From Tubiluchus corallicola (taxonomy: Eukaryota > Animalia > Priapulida), in the NCBI GenBank assembly GCA_030141605.1, contig JAQGDQ010000397.1:149513-213512 (forward strand): a DNA stretch of 64,000 nucleotides, in the 5' to 3' direction. A program made the position numbers and the translations under genes. The notes under the pieces were generated by a model, which did not search any database, had not been told where the DNA came from, and saw only the letters and a list, made by a program, of their open reading frames with translations. How positions within the stretch are numbered: position 1 is the first letter of the stretch; each line of letters opens with the position of its first letter. Below, in pieces: positions 1 to 12,925 of the stretch.

Positions 1-1786
1 TTAGTAAAATCGCAACTATAGTTACTTGACAGGTGACGAATCACCAGTCTAATTATTAACTATTACTGTGTTGCTTTTCTTAGCAACCAAGCACACAACG
101 TGACTACACAAGCATTTCCTTCTTCAGTTATCAGTGACTTACAGAAAGTTGCAAATAATAAATTTTGCTATCAGTAGCATTTAAAACATTAGCTAATTCA
201 AACCAATTTTAAGGAAAATCAAACTAATATAATTTTGTAGAAACTAGCGAAACCGATCAGAAGCATTTTACATAATTCGAAACAGTGTGAAATGGCAAAG
301 GATATAAGGCGATGAAGAAGCTTTAACAGGAACTCGAACTTAAGATCTGATGAACTGCACCTGACAATTGCGCAACCAGGTTTGAAAATGTACATGATGG
401 TTTACATCAGCTATAGTGAAAACAAATACCCTATCGTCATGCGTTTTGTACGAAAACCCACTTTGAGATGTGATATTTCTGCCATTTAACCAGGAATTTG
501 TTCAAAGATGTTCGCACTCATTTAGAAGGTTTAAAAAACAAGTAGCACGTCTCTTTCTCAATATAAAAAACTGACTCCTCTAAATATTCTTATAACACGC
601 CAGTGAACGCTTTTTTTTCGACGATGTTTCACGAACTTACTGGACCTTCTTATCTTTAATCTGTGATTTTGATCCCAAAATCCATCAAAATCAGCGTCCT
701 ATGAGACCCCTTGATTTTAGTTTTAGCTCATACCAAAAAAAAAATTCCAATGCACGAATGGCTCATATTCAGCCTTGCTCAACAACGCGACTCCACCACG
801 TCATTGCCACATACCAAAATTTGCGGCCTAGGTCAAAAACTGTAGTAGGACATACGGCCTAACGAGATAACAAGAACCCTGCACACACTGTGACCGGTCA
901 CATATAAACATAAGTACCCTTCCCTGAAATGTACCTTGCGAGTGTTGTGTCAACAGCCATTAGCTCTAAAAGGTCACCAGGTGGGTGTACCTTGCATTTT
1001 GGCCACTCTCGGACATTTATAGCTTGCCTTCTTTTTAAAACCTCGGGCGCACATCTATCCTACTAGCCTCCAGTACTCAAATAATGTGAAGAAAATCGAA
1101 AAAAACTGTAACTGTAATCATGATCATAATCGTAAAACTGACCGACGCGCACTACCCTTTGTCTCTTGACCAGAGGTCAGAGGCAGACATCTTGTCGTCC
1201 TTCACCAGTCCAAGGCTAACCCCCGCGTGAGTTTCGTGATCCTAGCTTGCAAGCCAAACTAGTTGTGAAATGTTTTGCAGAGAATGAATAATAATAAAGA
1301 AATAAATACCTGTACGAATTTCAATAGTAATAAAAATCTTCGTAAAACAGAATGTGATTAATTAGATAATGTTAATTCAATTTGTTCAAATAGGACTGTT
1401 CATTAGTCACATTTTCGTTTTGTTAACTACTCGGGATTGACTAGATTAATGCGCCTAGGCTTTGCCTGTTCTTACAATAGTCATTCCGCTAACTACATTA
1501 TTTTACTTATAATCATGTATGCATTATCAATGGTGCGTCAAAGAGGAACAAATTCACTCATTCAGATGCATCAGTATTGAGTTTGCTGAACAATTTCTCT
1601 GAGATATTGAGATATTGCCCTGGTCCATAATCCTCAAGACTGGTGGTTTCGTGTAATTTGCCTAGTTATAAACAGCTTAGTTTATTAAAAAATGTCGATT
1701 CACAAAATTTCTGGAAGAAAAATAGTTAATTTAATTTCTCTGTTTTTGATCACGATGAATATTTACAACGTGCTCGCAGTGCTATA

Positions 1787-3070
1787 ATGAAATTTTGTCA
1801 CCGTATTATTGTGAAACTATGCTTTTTATCAGTGTTGCTTTTGACTGTTTACAGATTAAAAAGCAGAATAGAGGAACTCGAAAAACATAAAAAGAAAACG
1901 TTTTACTGTATCACAGGTAATAAGAAGACGAATTGTACTGTGTCAGCAACCATTGTCGGAAAGCTTGGTGAAACAACCCCGGATTGGTCACCAACTTGGC
2001 AAAATACTTTGAAAGTTATACTATACTGGAACAAACTGAATAACTACGACGACTTTAGATGGGGTTTTGGAAGGCAGCCGTTCTTAGAGAATTGTGCGTT
2101 TGAAAATTCTTTTTGTGTGACAACATTAAACCGTTCGATGCTTGCTTTCAGTGATGCTGTGGTTCTTTATGGGCGTTCAAAATATAGCACAATTCCGAAA
2201 TTAAAACCTGCAGGGCAAAAGTGGGTTTTCTTTCTAGCTGAACCACCAAGTTCGACGACAAAAAATCTATCTGACCTAAATGACGTATTCCACTGGACAA
2301 TGACGTATCGTCTAGATTCTGATATTGTGACAAAATATGGTGACATCGTTAAACGTGGCCTAGAGGAAAAATACGTGTTAGGACAACATCGTAGGTTCAG
2401 GAAGAAGAAAGCTGTGGCTTGGTTTGTAAGCCATTGCGAAACGGCTAGTCTACGTGAATTTTATGTTTACCAACTGAGGAAATTTATTAGCATAGACATA
2501 TATGGTCATTGTGCCAATAGACTTAGATATAGAAACAGAAAAATGGGTTATGAATATCTTGAGCAGAATTATAAATTTTATCTCTCATTTGAGAACTCTA
2601 TCTGTAAAGATTATATTACTGAAAAGGTTTATGCGGTATTGATGTATGATGTGGTTCCAATTGTTATGGGCGGTGCAAATTATTCTTATTTTCTGCCGCC
2701 ACATTCGTACATAAATGTGGATGACTTTGAATCACCTAAACATCTTGCAATTTTTTTAAAAGGAATGACTTCTGAAGAATATGATGAATATTTTAAATGG
2801 AAAGTAAAATATAAGTCGATTTTGATTTTTCCAACCAATGCAAACTTGCAATACGGTATAGGTGGTACTTCTCAATACTGGTGTGAACTGTGTAAAAAGC
2901 TTCACGAAGAAAATAGCAACGCCACGCTGCGTATTACAGATAGACTATTTTCTTGTCTTAGCAACACCAACAGGAGACTAAATGTTTGGTGGAATGAAAA
3001 TCAATGTTTTAATGACAAATACACCTTTCACAAAATGTCTCTTACAAGGAAACAACTATATAGAACATGA
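1787..3070 (+). CDS. Alpha-1,3-fucosyltransferase (glycosyltransferase family 10), intronless, type II membrane protein (FucT copy 1)
   Basis: Uninterrupted 427-aa ORF. It has an N-terminal signal anchor (IIVKLCFLSVLLLTVY), the GT10 N-terminal motifs (VILYWN, DAVV, QKWVFFLAEPP, FHWTMTYRLDSDI), VAWFVSHC, and the alpha-1,3-FucT motif YKFYLSFENSICKDYITEK followed by VVPIVMG and PPHSYINVDDF. An AATAAA lies at 3088-3093. Confidence 0.95.
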   Translation: MKFCHRIIVKLCFLSVLLLTVYRLKSRIEELEKHKKKTFYCITGNKKTNCTVSATIVGKLGETTPDWSPTWQNTLKVILYWNKLNNYDDFRWGFGRQPFLENCAFENSFCVTTLNRSMLAFSDAVVLYGRSKYSTIPKLKPAGQKWVFFLAEPPSSTTKNLSDLNDVFHWTMTYRLDSDIVTKYGDIVKRGLEEKYVLGQHRRFRKKKAVAWFVSHCETASLREFYVYQLRKFISIDIYGHCANRLRYRNRKMGYEYLEQNYKFYLSFENSICKDYITEKVYAVLMYDVVPIVMGGANYSYFLPPHSYINVDDFESPKHLAIFLKGMTSEEYDEYFKWKVKYKSILIFPTNANLQYGIGGTSQYWCELCKKLHEENSNATLRITDRLFSCLSNTNRRLNVWWNENQCFNDKYTFHKMSLTRKQLYRT

Positions 3071-6000
3071 CTGTAACATCCTGTGACAATAAAACACGTT
3101 TGCAAATTATTTTTGCTTTTATATATAAGTGTCGGGATTATTATTTCAATTTACAGAGCGAACATTGTACAGGACATTATAAAAAACAGTCTTTCAACAA
3201 ACAACATTAACAAAATAGTAGTTTTACCAAGGCGAGGTCTTCTCCAGTACTTGGGTAGGACCGGTCCTTCCTCACGCACGTTGTAGTAATGCAGCAGAAT
3301 TCGGTCTGCAATGGAAGTTGGCTAAGTTAGCGTCTCTCTCAGTCTACTTCGTGAGCAGCAGGTAGCCTTTTCCAGGAAGTATCCACAGCTTTCCATCCAA
3401 CTGGCAGGACACGTAGTAGAGTCTCTGGAGATCGGATAATGAGAAGATCATCTCCTCCGAGTTCCACGCAGAACGGAAGCGATTTAGACCATCGAACGTG
3501 AAGTCAAAGGTGACAGTATCTTCATCCAACGTAAAGGTAATTAGGCTATGTAATGAATGCCTAATTTAACAAATGTCTCTTAGCAATTGTGTAACTGACG
3601 AGGTTTCACCAGCAGAAGAAGAACATAATAATGAACAAACCATCCATTTCTCGTTCAATCATCGTATGAAAGAAACCATGATATAGTTATATCTGACCAT
3701 TTCTCAACACGGTCACTTTACACTCTCCGCCACGTAGGCCAATACGTCTAATATCTAAGCCTCGAAAGCTAGCCGACCAATCAGAAACGAGTTCTGGGTG
3801 AAGTGACCTCAGTAGTACAGTGACGAAGCTTTCACATTTGTTCAAACACGGGCATAATATTATCATGGAAAAAATTGTTGCTAAACGTATTTTCGCTTAA
3901 AAAATACAAGTCATGTTGAAACGAAACGAATTTCATCTTCTTCTGCCTAATTACATATTTAAGGTAGCTTAACAGAAAAATGGCTTCATTTAATGGATAA
4001 CTTCGTCAAAAATAATGCTACTTTTGACTAAAGATGGCAGCACAAGATTGGAACATTAAATCAATACATCAATATTATCAATCATTAGGTAAATAACTCG
4101 TGATACCGTTTAGGTTAATACTTAAAGTGAAAAATAATTAGTTGCAGTAATCTGCTAGTTGGGGGACCATCACAATGACTTAGCTTGAAATATATTTCGA
4201 GCAACAGTCATGTTAGCTCATAACATAATAGACAATTAAATGTGTGATTTGCACTCCAACATATATTTTTTGTCATTCTCGGAGTCCTCCAAACTGTTAG
4301 CTGCATGCCTATAGTTAAAATTGCAAATGGTCTGTATTATTAATAGCACTGGCCATGAGCTATATTTATTATGTTATTATATTTCCACAAAAAGCAAAAC
4401 GAAATAAGTTACAGCTGCGATATCGTAAACCGGCCAAATTTATGAGGTGTTTGATACAGTGCGCACTTGACCAGACCCACAGCGTCATTGACAAGGCGGC
4501 CCAAATATAGGAGGGGTTTGATACAGTGCGCACGAGCTACTGCAACAAACTAGAATTAGATATTATCGACTGAAATGGATCTATAAAGCGAATATCTGTC
4601 CAGATTCGTTTTCAAATTACAAGGTAAGAAAAAAATATATAACTGTGCTAAAATGGCTAAAAGTAATGTTTATTCTAATGCTAGCAGTTTTTTAGCATAA
4701 CACAAATAAACGGATACTAATTTTAGCTAAACAGACTTTGAGTTCTCCATTCAATGTCAGATGAATTATCATTCAAAATAATTTCATTGTCATCAGTGTC
4801 AAATGTAAGAACATGCATTCAATCGCTAATAAGGTTTTCAGAAAGCATATTATGCAACTAAAACATCAAATCTGCTTAAAAAACTGTTCAACGCTAGCTG
4901 CCATGGTTGCTCTTACTTTCTGTGAATGCACGCCCAGGTGCAAGAAAAATTGCTTAGGCATGTTAATAATAGCCTCAGCTAAATAGTGTCATTGATGCAA
5001 ATCTTTTATCCTTTGGTTATGCAAAAAAAATATACAAACACTGAAAATGAAGAAAGCAACAGAACTTATTTCATTATATGATTTAGTTGGATATTTATCG
5101 TTACTTTTCCATATTTCATTGAAATTGAAGGCATGAAAGTTTAGCTCATAAGGTTTCGTTCTTACCCGTGAGATGGGCCACTTTACTGTCATGAGTGACT
5201 AAATACTAGCTGCTCACATAGAGTCAGTTATTGCAAAATGCAAAAAGTCAATTTGGAAAAAATGTAGAACATATGTACACAGCTGTTAAAAATTATTATT
5301 TTTGGGGTGCTAAAATAAACTTAATTTTTCAAATTTTTGCTTATCGAAGTAAACGAATAATTACAGTACTCCACAAATGCCTATTTCAATCTTTCAGGAA
5401 CAAACAGTTTTTGTATTTTTAGCCCTGTCATTTTTGTAAGAGCAAAATCTTCATAGAGTATTCTTTTACAAGCTCCACAATAGTGCATACGTTCAGTAAG
5501 AAAAACAATGAATCCATTTAATTTATTTTAATCTATCGTTGTTTCTAACTCTTATCTTGGCATCTTTTTCCAGGTTTGACGTATTTGCACAAGTGTGAAT
5601 TTGTCGAAATACATTTCATTACTTCACAAACATGCAGGAAACTATTCGTTCATGTTTAGTATTTCACAACAAACCGTGACATAATTTACCGTGCCTCTAA
5701 AGAGTTATTGTGTCAAACATTTGCAATAGCATTTGTTCAAACAATTAGGATTGTTACACACGAATCTATGTTTACACATTGGATTTGAGCTATTTCGCAC
5801 AGATGTTAAAATCTTTCATGTTATTTTCAGTCTTTTAATAAACTTTTCCGCATTTTTCAAAATTTATTTTCTAGCTCTTGTTCTGGCACCTCTCGCTGTG
5901 TGTTCTCAATGATAAGACATGATAATGATTTGACATGATAAGCATTCTTTTGGCAAAGGAGATTAAATTTTGGTAATTTCAGTTAATAATCAGTTAGTGC

Positions 6001-6179
6001 CTAGTGGCACAGCTCATTTGAAGCATGTTGTTCATAGGAATAGCTATAACTTTCAATACTTCACATCATAAACATGATCCTGCTTGGGTCATTTGTGATT
6101 ACAATCCGGTACTTTCAACTCAATTGAAGTATTTTGCCATTCTGTCAATGGCGCCCCAGGGTGGTGATTTAATTTAAAA

Positions 6180-6680
6180 AATCTTTATATTCTGTAGACA
6201 TTCTTGTCTGCATTTGCTTTTCATCTCTTCTTGACATTCACTGGGGTTCTCGAGGTTAGCTAAACAAAAAGCTTCTGCAGACTATTGACATTCTTGTCTC
6301 TCTACTTGCTAGGCGTCTCTTCTCAACTCTTTCCCTGTGTGTTCCAGGGACGCGGTTAAACTGAACAAAAAACTTCTGCAGACTATTGATATTCTTGTCT
6401 ATATTTGCTAAGCATCTTTTCTTAACTCTTTCACGAGGAGTTCCAGGGAGGCAGCTTAACCAAACAAAAAATCTTCTGCAGTCTATTGATAATATTCTCG
6501 GTCTTTCAGCTCATTCTTTCCAGTATTTAAACAGTAAACAGGGTGACTAGTTTACTTAAGAATTCTGAAATCTGGTAAATTACTTTTTCACAGTTTAACA
6601 CAAAGAAGTAAAACTATTCATCCATATTTCAAATCAAATATAGACGTATTAAATTTGAAAGTGCTTTTGTTGGGCGTGAT
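6180..6680 (+). repeat. Copy of an interspersed non-autonomous repeat family carrying about 3 degenerate ~95-100 bp internal tandem units
   Basis: Units (GACATTCTTGTCT...AACAAAAAxCTTCTGCAGACTATT) match the 100-bp array at 25761-26160. The downstream flank (CATTCTTTCCAGTATTTAAACAG...ACTAGTTTACTTAAGAATTCTGAAAT) matches 26170-26300. The family continues at about 8185-8500, matching 26335-26660. Confidence 0.75.
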
Positions 6681-9059
6681 TTTGAAAAATATTTTTGCAA
6701 ACTCGTTATACATATAATATATATATAGCTTTAAAAACACGTAACATCACAATTTTATACGAAATAAACTCATCATAAAATTTGTAATAATTATTATCAT
6801 TTCCACCAGCAGAACAACAGCCTATAAAAATCTCACCGCACTACACCTCACTGCATGTTAAATCACATTTACGAAATTCTTACGACTGATGTTGTTGGCT
6901 TTTTCAGGCAATGCTCTTCAAAGTCATCAATATTGCAATTTAGTGAAATTAATCAAATATTTTTTAACTTCTTTACTGTCAAGTAAAGTGTATCGCTTCT
7001 TTACTATTAATTTGCCTAGTTAAACTACAGACCCATTTATTTAGTTCCTTATTTATATTCTACATTAATAATAAATTTTGAGTCACCTGAGTCATTGATA
7101 AAGGCTAGTGATAAATAAGATTCTCAAACTTCTTTGACACGTATATTTGGCCAGTTGGTTGAGTAACACAAAAGTAACACATCGTAAGTTGGCAACTTGT
7201 AATTTGCCCAAGAATCAAAGTGCTAATTAACAACAAAATTGGCACTAATGTTTGGTACTGATGTTGCAAAGTAGGTTTCGTTAGAACCAGCTTTGGAGCT
7301 AAAACAAAAAGAGCTGCCGACAGACAACCAATTTTCCAACAAAAATTATTATAGTTTTTAATTCACCTAAATTGACGCATATGAAAAAAATCATGTGCTT
7401 GCTCTCTTGGAATCCTGGCAATTTTGTTGGATTCTAAATAATTGATTTATGCTACTTTTAAAAGTGCTACACCACACAAATACAACCATAATAAGAGCAG
7501 TGTAAAGACTTTGCAAGTTAATTTTACAGACTTTTGTTAATTTAAGTGTAGTTATAGTGCTGTAGAATAAATATGTTGTCTCTTTTTAAACTCGTTACGG
7601 TAAATGCATTTCAATGATAATTTTTGATTTTTCTATTTTTCTTCAGCTTTAATAAATGGTGATTTGCAACAAATAAGCGTCTGTTGCCCACTTACTGGAC
7701 CTAGTTCTCACTGAACTCAAAGATTTTTTGTCAGCAATGGTCAAATGGAAAACAATTTTTTGTTACCACTGGACACATAATAAAGTGATAATCATTTTTC
7801 TGAAGATTTTTAGCAATGCCTTTTCAGCATGTGGTAAAACTACTTTTTTGCTATCAAAACAATATTGTGAGCATTAAATAAACATATTAGTGAATTCATT
7901 CAGTTTATTTTTATCTTTTGTTTTTCTTGCGCCTAGTTTGTTTTCTCAACCATCTTCCTGATGTCTCTTCCCAGTTGTGTCAGCCTCGGGTGTGAAGTAT
8001 TTGCAAAAGTAACTTTAAATTTGAGAAATAATGAAATATGCGTGGAAAACTCTTTATTTTAATTAGATAAACCAAAAATAAACGTTGCAATATCATTCAC
8101 TAGACTCTAAAGGGTTATTGTGTTCAACATTTGCAATAACATTAAATTTTGTTCAAATGTCAATAGCTGTCAATCACGAATTGAATTGGCTGGGTGCGAT
8201 TCGTAGAAAAATATTGATCATTTTCAATTATTGATCACGAATCAGAATTTACAAATCGTATTTGCGAAATTCATTTCACACAAAGTTTCATGCTCATAAG
8301 AAAGCGTTAGTGTGGCTTTTTTACTCAAATAGTGGCTGAGATTCCTGGATATTATTGATTTTGTGATAACGTGATAAAGAAACGAGTGACTGTTTCAGTC
8401 AATTTAGTTTGCTCAATGCAAAATGTGATATCTTTATGCAAACTTACCAGCACAGTAAAAAACGTTGGGTGAAATTTTTGACACTGCTGTGATGGAGAAG
8501 ATAATCCACCAATGTAATTCTCAAGGAAAGCTCACTGCTATACACAAAGAGTTTAGAGGTGTTTATAATTGTGATTATAACTTATTGTCATGTCTTTGAA
8601 ATAATTCTTTTGGACGCGACGCGGACACAAGAAACTAGCAAAATTACGTAAAGAAATTCAACAATTATAGATTTTTGCCTAAATATTTGAGGGGCGAGAA
8701 TTCCAATAAAGTGGCTTTTTGATCACTTTTGCAATTCTCAAACTGATTTGCTTGTCCAGTGAGGTTTCATCTCCTACGTAGTTCTGTGCGTGAGTAATGT
8801 TTATGTTATGCACGTCCTGTACCACATCAGTTTTGCTTAGCAGAGTAATTTAGAGTAAGTTTTGCTATCTAGTATGAACACGCTTACGAGTTACTTAGAG
8901 AGTTAACATTAACGAGAGAACACAGCCTAATTTGAATGTGCCATTATCTAAAGTACTAAACTAAATTGGCGGTTGGTGTTCATCTCTGACTTGCTGCTGA
9001 GTCAGGTTGATCACTATCGATATCTCAGAAGGATGAGGGCTTTAGAGTTTGTATATAGG

Positions 9060-9230
9060 AACATTTTTTGTAAACCTGTTTTTACATGATAAACTCGGAC
9101 ATCGCGCCGCTTGCCTTTTGATCCTATGCATACATTGTAGTTCCAGTCTGACAGGTTGTCCACTACTGGAATGGGACCACGCCAACATGGGCTCATCTTT
9201 TTGCCCCATCTTTTGTACTGAATTGTTTTT
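9060..9230 (-). mobile_element. Ty3/Gypsy integrase C-terminal (GPY/F-type) fragment
   Basis: Minus-strand translation KKMSPCWRGPIPVVDNLSDWNYNVCIGSKGKRRDVRVYHV fits the KLxPxWxGP(Y/F)xV...NY...VH pattern of Gypsy integrase tails. Confidence 0.5.
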
Positions 9231-10677
9231 AAAGTTTGCAGTAATTTTGATTCTATTATATTAATTTTTTTGTAGAATGAAGAATTTGTAATATTTACCA
9301 AAGACATTGTTGATGAAATGATCATTAAAAACCTATAAGGAAAGCTGAAGTACAATGGTAAAGATGCACATATTTTGGCCAAGCCTGAAAGTGACACTAC
9401 ATTTTGCTGATAACATACGAACAAATATCAGTTTGTAAATTAACTCTAGAATCTAGAAAAAATTCTTTGAGCCTGCTACAAATTCAACATATCTGGAAAA
9501 TGAACTCCTGATTGATTGATGTGATTGATTGATTGAATAACTGTATTACATGTAATATTAAGTTTGTGATATATATGTAAGTTTTTTGTGCTTGAACCAT
9601 TATACTAACGTTTGGTTTCTTTGTTTAGATGTATAATGTTTTTTAGTAATTTTCCTACGTCTTTTGTATTTTGCTTTGCTCAATGGTTCAATAAATAAAT
9701 AAATATATGTATATATAAATGAATATAACCAGCAGTAGCTTTTACTAATGTAAAATTAGTACAGAGTAGAATAGAATGACGTCACACCAATGACTTGTGC
9801 CAGCAGTTCTCAATGGAAGAATCTCCCGAAATATAACATCAACTCCTCACAGCTCCTCGTGGTGGAGGCCTCCAGAAATTACAATTTCAATACATAATTT
9901 CTGAGAAAGTTATTCCTTATAACTAGGCCAAACTTTTTACTGGGTTAACCTAACAGAGAAAGCACTACCCCTTCATTACACCGGAGAAATAAATAAATTC
10001 TATGTAACATTTGGGTTTGGGGAAAAACCTGTACCGCCTACATTACAGCAAGTCAGGTTTTCCCATCTCTTAATTTCTGCTTTGAATGTCATACCAGAGT
10101 TAATAATTATTAATTTATTTTAACACACATTGAGCATTTAACGGGGCACTAAATTAAGTTTCTATTTACATAAATACTCAGATAAAATACAGACATAATA
10201 TAGAAGTAATTTCTGGAGTATAATTTTATAAATATTTTGCTGTAGCTAAGATGATTTTTATATATAACCTGTGTTTTTATATTCACCTCTACCGCACTCA
10301 CAGTTCTAATTTTTTGCACCAGAAGCTTTTGGCTCTTAGCAGTGGGTCCCAGGCAATAATTGAATGATATTTCACCTTGTATAATGTATACTATCATATT
10401 TTTATGGCAAATAAACATAGTACTTCATACAGTTATTTACAAGAGGCAAATACTTTATTTGCTACTCTGAAATGTATTTCCATAACAATTATCTTTTCTG
10501 CCAAGCCTAAGCACTCGTAGTCTAGGATTAATTAGTTGATTAACTGCAACCAGTACTATCATTGTATAAAGTGTTTGTATTTGCATTTTTCTCGCACATT
10601 TGCTGCAAGATGAAAGGCCATTTTGACCGCGTTGTAACGGACTTGATACCACATGACTCGCCCATTAGTGCCATTAA

Positions 10678-12268
10678 CACTTTTAGTCCCAAATTATTTT
10701 TTAATAAGAAAAAAAATTAGGCTTAGTACATCGGCTGCTAAACATGGTAAAAAGCAAATGCTGTATATTTAATAAAAATCTGAAGTTTATTCATTACATT
10801 TGATAACGTCCTGGAATTCTGACTTATTTGAAATCTCAACATGGAATTTACATGTTGAATCTCAAAGAAACAATTGCGATCATCTTGCATTTTATACATT
10901 TTGTTTGGCTTGCACTTGCATATGTGCCTTAATTGTTTATTTTTGGAAAGTGTCCAACCCGATATTTCTAGCTTTCTAGGTTTGTACATTGTGTTTGGAT
11001 GTTGTAGTGCTTAGGTTGCACATTATCCTCGTCTGACTCTTCAGCAGATGGTGGGAGGCCTCGTTTACGGCTCACTTTCGATCTTTTTGTCTTCTGATAG
11101 TAAAGAAGTACTCAATTCTGAAGCAAATTCCATGAGATCCATTTGTGATTTTTTTGGGAGCATCAGATGTGTACAGTGACGACGGTATTGTAGCCAACCA
11201 TTTACAACTGCAACTCTAAGGCACGAAAGGAATACTCTTCTGTACCACTTTGTATTTTTATGATCAACTCTGTAGAAACTCATCAACATTTCAGACAGAT
11301 CTGCTGCCCCCATGTGCATGTTGTACTCTGTTAGTCTAACCTTGTTCAACAGTTCAACAATTCATGTTGTTCAACAGTAGTCTAACCTTGAACAATCTGT
11401 TGTACGCGGGATCAATTTCAAAAATCAAAAATCAATTTCTGCTCATATGATCTGCAATGGCAGACACTCGAAATTTTTTTTGACCAATACTCTATATTGA
11501 GGCACACCCGTCAAACCCATTCTGATGAGAATTCCTAAATAAATTTCGATTTCTTCAGTTGAGGTCACAAAGTTGCCTCCATCTTCCGCTGCATACAAAT
11601 TTGTCTGCTCCACTATAAGGTCTATCAATTCAACTGGTCAAAATTGATTAAAATACCAAGAAGCTGGTTGGATGCTGTCTCTGTAGTCCTCCACCTCCCC
11701 CGAGAATTCTATGGCAGTAGGCTGTGCATTCTTTTTGTGTGTGTTCCATTTAAAACCAGAGCCTTTGTTCTGCACAGCAGTTGATGTTGTTGGCTGATTA
11801 CTGTCGATTTCTGAGTCACTAACTTCTGAGCATGAAGACTCTGAGTAATCACCTTCTCCATCATCATCATCAGATTCATTCTCAGGCTCAGACACGTCAG
11901 CATCCAGTAACAAAATTAATTCTCTTCTGCCATGTCTTACAACAACATCCGAGTCCATACATCCACTGGCTTTTCATAAAATTTTGATGTTGAAATGGAA
12001 TCCATTTTGTTACCTAACACAAAAATCCCATATTATTGCAGTGAACAGTGCAAAGTAAAGTGAAGCAGAAACATAAAAATATAATTAAGAAAGTTTGTAC
12101 TCACTATTGGATAAAATACGCTATCATGCCTTCTTTATGTCACTGAAATTGCCACTTAGAATTTACTGTGTAGCTGATCTTGATAGTGTCTTCAACCAGA
12201 TTGTTAATTTCTACATTCTAATTTATAGTGAACCAGTATATTGAATAAATTGGAAAGGGACTCAAGGG
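10678..12268 (-). mobile_element. Decayed piggyBac (PGBD-like) DNA transposon with an internal deletion
   Basis: Frameshifted ORFs 11638-11958 (acidic N-terminus, WYFNQF), 11443-11628 (IVEQTNLYA, EIEIYLGILIRMG) and 11065-11349 (YNMHMGAADLSE, KWYRRVF, AVVNGWLQYR) are typical of piggyBac transposase. A Cys-rich tail remnant (NCFFEIQH) lies near 10850-10930. Left end is TTAA(10674-10677)+CACTTTTAGTCCC; an imperfect inverted copy GGGACTCAAGGG lies at 12257-12268. Confidence 0.85.
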
Positions 12269-12925
12269 TGGAAAGGGAAGAGAGTGCAAGGAGCACTAGT
12301 ACAATTAAATATTGGGCTATTAGAGGTTAGGTAATTGGCGTTGTGTAGTTAGGCCTCGTTAGGCCAGTCCAACAAGTTTCTGTATCATGACCACCTCTAA
12401 TTGAAAATCTTTTCAATTTGTGTCAAACAAAGAAACTATAAGTTTCATAAACTAATCAGGTAAGTAATCAGATTTATGCAATTGATACAGTCTTTGTTTA
12501 TAACCCTCATGAATGAAATCAGCTGCAAGTCTCTGTTTTTCACTTATCACGGCAATATATAATATAACATTATTATCATGTTGTTACACTAAAAATGTCA
12601 CATTTATCTGTAGAAAAGTTGTTTAACCAACCACCATTGCACATGCGCATTAACGTTCCTGTCTGGTGAAAGCAAGGTGTAGAACGATTGAATTTAAACT
12701 ATGTAACTCCAACGTAACTTCGGAATGGAATACTATTCCCGAAAAAATTTGATTTGACAAGCTGATACTGTTCAAGTTTCGAACTCTGTTTCATCGCAAC
12801 ATTTTCAGAGGTCTAGAGCTACAGTAGGCTGACATACCTACAGCTGCGTTTCTATGCATTTCGTACAAACATACAACTGAATTATGTTTGGTCTATTTGT
12901 GTTTAATCCTACTAAGACGAGTGTC

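Noticed and set aside
7200-7950. Possible decayed DNA-transposase coding sequence on the minus strand
   Set aside because: No diagnostic motif could be read through the many stops.
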